From Candidatus Hydrogenedentota bacterium (GTDB lineage: Bacteria; Hydrogenedentota; Hydrogenedentia; Hydrogenedentales; JAEUWI01), in NCBI GenBank assembly GCA_034669905.1, contig JAXMOL010000024.1:32001-96000 (forward strand): a stretch of 64,000 nucleotides of DNA, given 5' to 3'. Below the pieces are notes generated by a model that ran no database searches, was not told the DNA's origin, and saw only the letters and a program-made list of their open reading frames with translations. Below, one piece after another: positions 1-14,957 of the stretch. The first letter of the stretch is position 1. Every line of letters begins with the position of its first letter. Made by a program: the position numbers and the translations under genes.

Positions 1-1049
1 AGGGAAAAATTGGTGAAGGTCGTGCGCCGAACGGAATCGACACCCGCCCGAACATATTCGCCCTGCAGCGAGAAAGCTCCCCATTTCAAGGCGGCCTCCA
101 GTCCGATCAAGTCCACGTCTTCACTTTCGAAAAGGCCCGTATCCACATAACGAAACTCCGAAAGATGGGCCTCCGGCCGGGCACGCAGGCGCATGGCCCC
201 ATTACGCGGTCGGTGGCTGTAGGCGGCCCCCAGATGGAGGAGCCGCTGCCCCTCCGCGGCATACCAGGGTAAGCCGGTCACGCGGGCCGTCACCGAATAG
301 TCGCCATCGTCGCTCCCGTTTCCATAGTCATCGGTGGTGCGAAATACGCCGGCGGCCCAGGTCATTCGTTGCTGCAGCACCTGGTTCCGTAGCATCACCC
401 CCGTATTCCTACTGGGCACGAAGGACGACAACAATGGCCGCTCCAGAAAGGTGATGGAATTGTCACTGATCAATTCATCCAGGCCGAAAGGTTCCTTAAA
501 GTGACCCACGCGGATGTGACCCACCACCGGTACATCCGACAAGGCCATGTATACATCCTTCAAGTCAGAATCCCCGTCCGCGAAATCATACTCGGCTTTG
601 AAGGATACGGCGTCATAGAGCAGCCCGGAAAGGTAGAGACGGGCGCGCCGAAATTCGGTGCCGTCCTGACTGTTTCCAAAGGCCCGGGCAATCGATGTGT
701 CCTGCTTGAACCAGGCCCAGTCCTGATGAATCCGCCCGCCCAGGCGCAGCTTGAAACGGCCGTCTTCCGTCTCCATGCGCACGCCATCTTTCCAATAGAC
801 CCGCATATCCTCGGGAGCCGCTACCGGCGCTGGCGGGGTAGTGGCTGGCGCTGCCGCCTCGGAGACGGGGGCCTCTTCCTGCGCATCGAGACGCTCTTCC
901 AGGTGCTCGACACGGCGTTCGAGACGCTTGACCATCTCCAGCAGAGCCCGCTCCCGGTCCGTCAGGGGTGCCTCCTCGGCCGTCCCATTCACACAGGAGG
1001 CCACCACAACGCAGAGCAAAAAACAGGTAACCGTGGGAAAATACTTCAA
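1..1049 (-). CDS. Phosphate-selective porin OprO/OprP family (3' end runs off window)
   Basis: Manual translation from TTG at 1049: signal-like N-terminus, coiled coil, then MRVYWKDG..FKLRLGGRIHQDW, EFRRARLYLSG, GHFKEPFGLDEL..FLERP, RARPEAH, FSLQGEY. Absent from the ORF track because it has no stop in the window. Confidence 0.85.
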   Translation of the reverse strand, partial: MKYFPTVTCFLLCVVVASCVNGTAEEAPLTDRERALLEMVKRLERRVEHLEERLDAQEEAPVSEAAAPATTPPAPVAAPEDMRVYWKDGVRMETEDGRFKLRLGGRIHQDWAWFKQDTSIARAFGNSQDGTEFRRARLYLSGLLYDAVSFKAEYDFADGDSDLKDVYMALSDVPVVGHIRVGHFKEPFGLDELISDNSITFLERPLLSSFVPSRNTGVMLRNQVLQQRMTWAAGVFRTTDDYGNGSDDGDYSVTARVTGLPWYAAEGQRLLHLGAAYSHRPRNGAMRLRARPEAHLSEFRYVDTGLFESEDVDLIGLEAALKWGAFSLQGEYVRAGVDSVRRTTFTNFS

Positions 1050-1141
1050 GAGACCAGACCTCGGGGTAGATTTGCTAACACAATCCTAACAATTGGAACA
1101 CAGGTCGCCGGGTGTTATCCATAGCGGTCAGTCCGCTCCCC

Positions 1142-2158
1142 CTACTCTTCAAAGGCGGAGCGAAAAGCCTGTGTCACCTGACGGCCATCGCGACGGGCGA
1201 CCACTTCGGCGATGCGCGTGCGCCACGAAGGGGCGCCCCGATAGATGGCCAGTGCCTCCACGGCGGCGGCGGCGTAGGGCGTGGCCTCATCTTCCACCAC
1301 GCCCAAAAGGAATTCGATGGCCGCCTCATCCCGTGTCAGGGCCATGGGCAAGAGGAAGAGCAGCAGGTCGGGACCGCCCGGCGATTCATAGGCCCGCCGC
1401 AAGATGGTAAAGGAATCTGGCAGGCGCGCTTCGCCGATGGCCAACGCGGCCCCTTCGGCCACGGTCGCCTTTTCCGAGCGGAGGAAGCCGGCCACGAAGT
1501 CCAGGGAGCGCTCCGGGGCAATGGCCATCAGACCTTGCAACGCCGAGGCGATAATATCGGCATCCTCCTCATCGGGACGCAGAAGCCGGCCCGGTCCCCC
1601 CCCTTCGCCCAGCCTATCGGCCAGGACCACCATGCGCAGGAGCAATTCGGCCTCCGGCGTTTCCGTGCGCCCCAGACTTTCCACGGCCACCCGCCGCGTA
1701 CGGGGATCGCGATCCATCACCAGCGAAGCGGCCACCAGGTATTTGTCGGTGTAACGACATTCGAGCAGGCCCTCACCACACACGCCCCGCAAGACCGCGG
1801 CCGTGTCTTCGCTCCCCCCATACACCGGCTCGGGTTGGACGTACGCGATACCCCGCAGATAAACCTCGGGCTCCCGGTGTTCCAATGCCACAAGGGCCTC
1901 AATAATAGAACGTTTTGCCGCACAGCCGGGATCGCGCTTCACGGGGTCTTTCATGAAGTATTCGAACGCCACCGTCAAGTCGGGAACAAGGCCCTTCGCC
2001 TTCCATTCGCCCGCCAGCCGTGCGGCCCGGCCAACGACATGGTTACTACGGTGGGCCAGTAGCGCGCGCAATTGCTCGACACCCACAGCACCTGGCTCTT
2101 CCTGCTCCATGGCACGCAAGGTATCGAGGGCTTCTCGGCTAGGATCTTTTTTGGGCAT
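1142..2158 (-). CDS. HEAT/PBS-lyase-repeat protein
   Basis: 338-aa ORF of Ala/Leu-rich helical repeats (RRVAVESLG, AEGAALAIGE, AAAAVEALA). Confidence 0.7.
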   Translation of the reverse strand: MPKKDPSREALDTLRAMEQEEPGAVGVEQLRALLAHRSNHVVGRAARLAGEWKAKGLVPDLTVAFEYFMKDPVKRDPGCAAKRSIIEALVALEHREPEVYLRGIAYVQPEPVYGGSEDTAAVLRGVCGEGLLECRYTDKYLVAASLVMDRDPRTRRVAVESLGRTETPEAELLLRMVVLADRLGEGGGPGRLLRPDEEDADIIASALQGLMAIAPERSLDFVAGFLRSEKATVAEGAALAIGEARLPDSFTILRRAYESPGGPDLLLFLLPMALTRDEAAIEFLLGVVEDEATPYAAAAVEALAIYRGAPSWRTRIAEVVARRDGRQVTQAFRSAFEE

Positions 2159-2814
2159 TGCGGAACACTCTTGCTTTCGATGGCGTTGAATCTATGGGGT
2201 AAAATGGGACGTCCATAATTCCACAACACGAGGTTCAAATCACAGCCCCGGCGCTAAAACGTCGGGAAATGGGCGCCCCATCGAACAGGACGGCTCTGAG
2301 GGGTGGCCTTCCGTTTCCAGACCCATACGATAATCCGGACAGTGGATTACGACGGGTTCATCGAGCGTTTTCGCCCAGACGGTGATAACGCCCTCATCAG
2401 CGACGTAGTACTGGGAAGGCGTCATCCCCTAGAGCAGCACGGGCACCACCAGTACCCGCACGATACCCGCTATAAGGCGGCGCCTGGCGTGGTCCATGAA
2501 TTCTATCAACGTCTCCCGAAATCTTTTCGGGCTTCTGCGGTGGCGTCCCGGAAACCTGGCTGTAACCTATCCCGCCGTCAGAAAACTTTCTTTCGAAACG
2601 TACTATATTCGCGTATGCAACGCAACACAAGCTCACTGCCTTGGCTTTCCCTCCGCCCGGCGTTTTCCCTTCGCCCTACATTGAATACCGCCCTCGCCAA
2701 ATGGCAGCATGATCCTTTAGACTGATCGGGTCAGGGAGCCCCGCGTCGGGCTGACGCATCGGGGCCCTATCGTGCCAGACCGGTTCACTCGTGTCGCAAA
2801 CGAAGGAAGATGCC

Positions 2815-5010
2815 ATGACCACCGCCCGTATGCTCTGTTGTCTCTCTGTGTTCTTTTTCTGCGTTGTTACCACGCCCGTCGAGGCCGACACGACACACCA
2901 TCCCCGACCCGCCGGATTCTCTGAAGCAGGCACCGAAAGCCCACCTCCCGGCCTGAGTTTTCAGGGAGTCCGTGAGGACGCGAAGTACACGGTCGATATG
3001 GTTGCGACCTTCCCAAAGACAGCCGTGGTCCCCGCAAAAGTTGCCGCAGTGTCCGTCAATGGGCATGCCTTGGACACCTACCTGGTAAAGAACGCCAACA
3101 TCTTCAATGGGCACCGGGAAGTCCACGGCACGGAAGACATCAGCGTCTCGCTCTATGAGGGCTGGGAACCCGGCGAAGAGTACACCGTCGAAATCACTCT
3201 GGCCGCCCGGCAGGGAGACGATGTAACCCTCACGACCAAGGCCACGGCCCCCGCCGAACGGGCCGCGACCGGCGGCATTGGTTTCGGTGCGCCTTCCCCG
3301 GAGTTCCCCTACCACCACGTGACCATGGGCTTTGCCAAGGAAGCCATCGCCCCGGGCACGGTTACCCGGGTCGAAGTGGATGGCGTGTGGAACCGGGATG
3401 CCCGCTTTTTTAACGAAGGCATTCAGGACCCCGCCTCGGTAGAAGGCAGCAAGGGCCTGGAAGGTGAAAGCTATAGGGGCGAAATCGATGGCGCGCGGGC
3501 CTTCCGCGTGGTCGCCCCCTGTGTGTGGACCAATGGCTCGAAACACACCATAAAGGTCACGGTCGCCGATGCGGACGGAAAAGAAACAGTCTACGAACAC
3601 GCCGGCACCGCGCCCGCTACCCGAGGCCATTGGAGTGATGCCTGGCCCCATGTCATTGCCCTCGTGGTCCATGAAACGGCCGGCATCCGGCGGGATGGGG
3701 AGCCGATCCATGCGACCATCGGGCCCTACGCCGATGACTTCGGTCCGGAGACCAGCCCGATTAAAGTGGTGACCTATGACCCCACCCACCCGAAGGCGGG
3801 CGACGATGGCTATGTGGTCGCCCCCCACCAGATTGTTGAAGTCAGCGAATGGCGCGATGAAGCCATGCTCAACGCGGAAGAAAAAGACGCCGAGACGGGG
3901 GAGCTGATTCATCGCTACGACCCCACGACGACGGTCGAGTTTGTGTTCCTTGCCGATGTGCAGCAGTATGAGAAGAAGGTCTACCAGGTGCTCTATGGCA
4001 ACCCGGCGGCCCAACCCGATGCAATGGAAAGCGACTTGACCGTCGTCCAACATGATGGACTCGGCGAAAACGTTAAGAACTCCTACTACGCCATTGAGAC
4101 GTCTGCCAATAGCGGCGCTGTCGAGACGGTCACTATTCACGACGGTGATGAACCGGTGTTGCTGGAGCACAAGCTGGAGACCAATGGCGCGGTTCATTGG
4201 AATCCCGGCGTCTATTCGCCCCCCACGCCCTGGGTGCACGTGAGCGACTGGGAAAACCCCGATGCCGCCCGGCTTTCCGGCCCCCTCATGCACCGGACGC
4301 GCCACCATGCGCTCCTCCCTTTCATGGACACGGCAAGCGCCCACGTTTCCTATACCTTCTACGCGGGCCAGCCCTATATCCTCCAGACGTCCCTGCTGGA
4401 AGTGCTCGAAGACATGTTTGTTGCGGCGCTCCGCAATGGGGAAATGGTGTTTAACCATGCGGTGCTCAATGAATTTGTCTGGCTCGACGAGATGGGCGTG
4501 GTCCAGAGCCTGATGATTGAGGGCACGAAGGAACACCCCGTGCACGCCATGGACTTCCCGGCGGACACCCCCTGGATGGCCTTTGTGAACCGCGAGCAGA
4601 AAGTCGGCTTTGCCAACATCGCCCTGAGCTATGAAAACACCAACCGCTACGGCGACCCCGCGAGCGTGGCCCAGCCCTATTTCTACATTCAGAACGGCCC
4701 ATGGATCTATTGGTCCCGCCCCATGGTCTACCCCTTTGCCGGCAACAATATGACCCGCCTCATGAAGGTGCGCAAAGGCAGCATGTACTATGAAAAGAAC
4801 GCCTGGGTTCCTTTCCGCTTTGCCGACGGCGACAATCCCTATGCCGAGATTGAGCGCCTGAACAAACAACTCCGTGCTCCCCTCAAGGTCATGGAGTGGA
4901 TGGCCACCGACAAGCGCGCGCCGGAAGGTTGGATTATGCCGATTCTCACCATGCCTTTTGATGAGGGTGTGGCCGGTCAGGTAGGCAGCCAGAAAGCGGG
5001 AGACGAATAA
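2815..5010 (+). CDS. Secreted uncharacterised protein (Ig-like N-terminal repeats plus beta-rich C-terminal domain), paralogue A
   Basis: Long ORF with host-like codon use; likely ATG at 2815 after AAGGAAG; signal-peptide-like N-terminus; stop overlaps the start of paralogue B. Confidence 0.75.
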   Translation: MTTARMLCCLSVFFFCVVTTPVEADTTHHPRPAGFSEAGTESPPPGLSFQGVREDAKYTVDMVATFPKTAVVPAKVAAVSVNGHALDTYLVKNANIFNGHREVHGTEDISVSLYEGWEPGEEYTVEITLAARQGDDVTLTTKATAPAERAATGGIGFGAPSPEFPYHHVTMGFAKEAIAPGTVTRVEVDGVWNRDARFFNEGIQDPASVEGSKGLEGESYRGEIDGARAFRVVAPCVWTNGSKHTIKVTVADADGKETVYEHAGTAPATRGHWSDAWPHVIALVVHETAGIRRDGEPIHATIGPYADDFGPETSPIKVVTYDPTHPKAGDDGYVVAPHQIVEVSEWRDEAMLNAEEKDAETGELIHRYDPTTTVEFVFLADVQQYEKKVYQVLYGNPAAQPDAMESDLTVVQHDGLGENVKNSYYAIETSANSGAVETVTIHDGDEPVLLEHKLETNGAVHWNPGVYSPPTPWVHVSDWENPDAARLSGPLMHRTRHHALLPFMDTASAHVSYTFYAGQPYILQTSLLEVLEDMFVAALRNGEMVFNHAVLNEFVWLDEMGVVQSLMIEGTKEHPVHAMDFPADTPWMAFVNREQKVGFANIALSYENTNRYGDPASVAQPYFYIQNGPWIYWSRPMVYPFAGNNMTRLMKVRKGSMYYEKNAWVPFRFADGDNPYAEIERLNKQLRAPLKVMEWMATDKRAPEGWIMPILTMPFDEGVAGQVGSQKAGDE

Positions 5011-6776
5011 TGATGCCATCACTTCTCAAACCTATGGTAGCAATCATGACAGTGGCACTGTGGACCGGCGGCATGACTTCGGCCAACCCGGCCGTGTCTG
5101 TAGAGCGGGGCCACGATGTGGGCGATGGCCAGGTGCTGTATGACACGCCCTATGACCCGAAAAACGTTTCGGAGATTTCCTTCTACGCGCCGACGACCGC
5201 CCACCCCTTCTATGAAATTGTCGTTCCCATGGGGGACTGGAGTGACGGCTCGTCGGCTACGTTCAGTGAAGTTTCTGTCAATGGTGTGAACTGCGAATCC
5301 TACTATGTCTTCGTCGATGGCTTCGCCCACGTCCAGAGCGGTTGGTTGACGCGAGACAGCGCCACCGCGAAAAACGTCGTGTTGGTAGTGCGCAGCCTTT
5401 GGCACAATAACGCGGCGGTGACGATTGACGTGACGCTCTCCGCCCAGGACAATGACGGCAAGACCATCACTGTGGAAAAGCAATACACCGCGAAAGCACC
5501 CGGGAATGGGGGCGGCCCGGAAGGGTGGCGGCGCTATCAATCGGTGGTATTGGAAGAGAAAGCCGGCTTGGCCCGCCATCGGGAGCCAGTCGAATTCTCC
5601 ATCGCGGCCCGTGCGGAAAACTGCGGCGACCTGGAAAAGGAACTCCGGGTTTATGCGGTGGACCCCGTGACGCAAGGACTGGAGGCCTTGCCCTTCCAGA
5701 CCTTCAACCCCGGAACATTTGGCGGCACCCCACCGGGCACGGCCAACGACAATTATCTCCAGCACCCGAGCCAATTCATTGAAGTCGTAACGCTGGCGTC
5801 CGTCGGTGCAAATGGGAAGAACGTGTTGGTCGTGTGCTATGACAACCCGGAGGCCGAGGCGCTTCCGGCACCCCGCAGCGACCTGAAAGTCACCGGCGAA
5901 TCCCTCAACGCGCTGGTGGAAAACAAGTACTTTGCCGCCAAGCTGGATGACAAATCGGGCCAGATTGCCTCCTTCACCTTGAAGGGGCGTTCGGCCAACC
6001 CCGTTCCCCTGCTGACCAACAGCCAGAGCGGTGCCCTCCATTGGAACCCCGATTCCTTTGGCGACAATGGGCTATGGGGCCATACCTTTTCCTGGGACCC
6101 ACCCGAAAAAACCGTGGTCACCACCCGGGGCCCCCTCATGTTCCGCATTACCAATAGTGGCCGCATGCCGGGCTACACCCCGCAGATCTGGGCCTCGGTC
6201 ACCTACACCTTCTACGCCTACACGCCCTATGTGAAGGTCACCACTTCGATGGAAGTGCGCGAGACCTTCAACGCCAACGCGATCCGCAACGGCGAGGTCG
6301 TCTTGGATACCCACCTGGTCGATCACTTCGTTTGGGAGGAGAAAGATGGGAGCCTGAAAAAGATTCGCACCCTGCACGGCCCCAACTGGCAGGATGAATG
6401 GTCGACCCGCGTGGACGCCGACATCCCCTGGCTCGCCATGACCAATGAGGCGGATGACTACGGCATTGGCGCCATCAATATTGTGGCCACCACCTTCAAT
6501 CCCCATTCGGGCGAAGCTACCTTGCACCGTCCGGCCTACTACCTCTACTACCACCATTTCTGGGGCACGCCCCTCACCTATTTCACCCGCGGCTGGGTCT
6601 ACCCCTTCAGCGACTACCAGCGGGGCCCGATTATTACGGTGAAGCCCGGCTCGACCTACTTCGAGAAGATGGCCTTGATGCCTTTTTTCCTGTGTGAGGG
6701 TGATATCCGATATCAGGCCATCACGAGAATGAGCATGGCATTGAAGCAACCCCTGGAGCAGCGTTGGGGAAGGTAG
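5010..6776 (+). CDS. Secreted uncharacterised protein, paralogue B
   Basis: 588-aa ORF with signal peptide; shares motifs with the upstream gene (GAxHWNP, YTFYA, AxRNGE, VYPF, GSxYxEK). Confidence 0.75.
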   Translation: MMPSLLKPMVAIMTVALWTGGMTSANPAVSVERGHDVGDGQVLYDTPYDPKNVSEISFYAPTTAHPFYEIVVPMGDWSDGSSATFSEVSVNGVNCESYYVFVDGFAHVQSGWLTRDSATAKNVVLVVRSLWHNNAAVTIDVTLSAQDNDGKTITVEKQYTAKAPGNGGGPEGWRRYQSVVLEEKAGLARHREPVEFSIAARAENCGDLEKELRVYAVDPVTQGLEALPFQTFNPGTFGGTPPGTANDNYLQHPSQFIEVVTLASVGANGKNVLVVCYDNPEAEALPAPRSDLKVTGESLNALVENKYFAAKLDDKSGQIASFTLKGRSANPVPLLTNSQSGALHWNPDSFGDNGLWGHTFSWDPPEKTVVTTRGPLMFRITNSGRMPGYTPQIWASVTYTFYAYTPYVKVTTSMEVRETFNANAIRNGEVVLDTHLVDHFVWEEKDGSLKKIRTLHGPNWQDEWSTRVDADIPWLAMTNEADDYGIGAINIVATTFNPHSGEATLHRPAYYLYYHHFWGTPLTYFTRGWVYPFSDYQRGPIITVKPGSTYFEKMALMPFFLCEGDIRYQAITRMSMALKQPLEQRWGR

Positions 6777-6880
6777 GGGACTGCACCGACGTAGCCTACT
6801 TCGTGGAGCAAGTACACCCCCCGTGGCCCTGCACCCCGATTGGCGTGAGATTCGGGCAAGAGACAGTCGGGGCCGTCCCC
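6776..6880. repeat. Small palindromic intergenic element between convergent genes
   Basis: Imperfect inverted ends ggggactgcaccgac ... gtcggggccgtcccc. Confidence 0.4.
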
Positions 6881-6931
6881 CTCCTCAAAGCGGCGTCTCA
6901 CGTGTCGAGTCGCGATCGTCGGGACCGTCCC

Positions 6932-7828
6932 CTATTCCGCCGACAGGGCTTCGTCAAACCAATCCGCCATGACGGCCACCTCTTCGTGAATTGTCGGCCA
7001 CGGGTGCCCCCCACCGGCCTTCACAATAAGCGTCGCTGCGTGACCAGCGTCTTTGAGGGCCTTCACCATAATCTCAGACTGCTCCAACTTGACCCGCTCA
7101 TCCGCATCGCCATGGATGAACAAGAAGGGCGGTGTCTTGTCGTTGATTTGATGGGTCGGCGACAGCTCCTTGGCACGCGCCGCAATTTCTTCGGGCGTTT
7201 TACCATCAAAGCCATCGTAAAAAAAGAAGGGGGCCAATCGACGCAAGGGCCCCTGACTCCAATCGACCAGGGTAAAATCTGTGGGCGGAAAAAACACGGC
7301 CGCCGCGGCCACGGTGGTGTCAAAGGCCCCATAAGGTCCCTTGTTGGTCGGCCCCTCCGCCGTCACCGCCGCATAGGTTGCCAGATACCCGCCCGCCGAC
7401 GCACCGGTAATACCCAGCCGCTCCGGGTCGATGCCGTATTCCTCCGCATGGCCCTTCACCCAGCGGATCCCCATTTTTACATGAGCGTTCATCTCTTGCC
7501 CGGTGTATTTCGTGATGGAACCGGGACGCACCGCAAAAACCGTATAACCCTTTCCACAATAGATGTTGTACATCTGGGCATCTTTGTGGTCATTGATCTT
7601 GCCGCGGTCGGAATAGAAGGCCCCGCTCGCCACATCCACAATCGCGAGGCCATGGCCCGGCAGCGCTTCGTCCTTCTCTTTGGGCACAAAGACATCCAGC
7701 AGCAGACCCGTGCCGTGCACCTCTGTAAAAACAATATTCTCGTGCTGGGTGTAGGGCACTTCGGCCGGGGTGGACACCAGCAAAACCGCAGTGAACAACA
7801 GCGTCAAGGCAACACGTATCGCTATCAT
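6932..7828 (-). CDS. Secreted alpha/beta hydrolase (esterase/lipase, BD-FAE-like)
   Basis: GASAGG nucleophile elbow, IHGDAD, GGGH; ATG at 7828 after AAAGGAGAA; signal peptide. Confidence 0.85.
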   Translation of the reverse strand: MIAIRVALTLLFTAVLLVSTPAEVPYTQHENIVFTEVHGTGLLLDVFVPKEKDEALPGHGLAIVDVASGAFYSDRGKINDHKDAQMYNIYCGKGYTVFAVRPGSITKYTGQEMNAHVKMGIRWVKGHAEEYGIDPERLGITGASAGGYLATYAAVTAEGPTNKGPYGAFDTTVAAAAVFFPPTDFTLVDWSQGPLRRLAPFFFYDGFDGKTPEEIAARAKELSPTHQINDKTPPFLFIHGDADERVKLEQSEIMVKALKDAGHAATLIVKAGGGHPWPTIHEEVAVMADWFDEALSAE

Positions 7829-7953
7829 AGCTTCTCCTTTAGGGGTCGAAAACCTGACGTCCAGCATACCACGAACTCAAGTTCGCCACCGCCAAAAAAA
7901 TTGGCCCCGAACCCAAAGAACCGGAATTCGAGGCCAATTGTTACGCTTTCGTG

Positions 7954-14571
<6,618 letters not shown>

Positions 14572-14957
14572 GATACCCCCTCCCGGAGACTGCCGTAATT
14601 CAGTTTTCCCAAGAAACTTTACCGTGTGATTGTAGCAATATGTGACGCGGAAGACCAGCAAAAACATCAAACTGTAAACTATTGACAGTAGAACAGTTAC
14701 AACGCTTGCCAAACCCCGGGCCAATGGGCTATATTCGTTGCGTACTTGGGCACAGAGCAAGGCGCTCTATCAACCGGGGGAGCCACTGCTGTGGACACGC
14801 AAAGAGCAAGCGACCATATGGGACGGTCTGGCATACCGTCTCATCACGGCGTGGTCCAAACGCAGGGATCACGATGGGCGTTTCAATATGTCGTAATCCC
14901 CCGCAAGAGGGCCATACAGGCCACCACCCACTACCGTTCCGAGGGAGTTTAACCATC

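Noticed and set aside
501..1124. Plus-strand 207-aa ORF
   Set aside because: Antisense to the porin gene, which has clear family motifs.
2785..5022. Long antisense ORFs here and at 46310-48769, 53481-55430 and 12853-14598
   Set aside because: Shadow frames expected from GC-rich codon bias opposite genes with clear motifs or paralogy.
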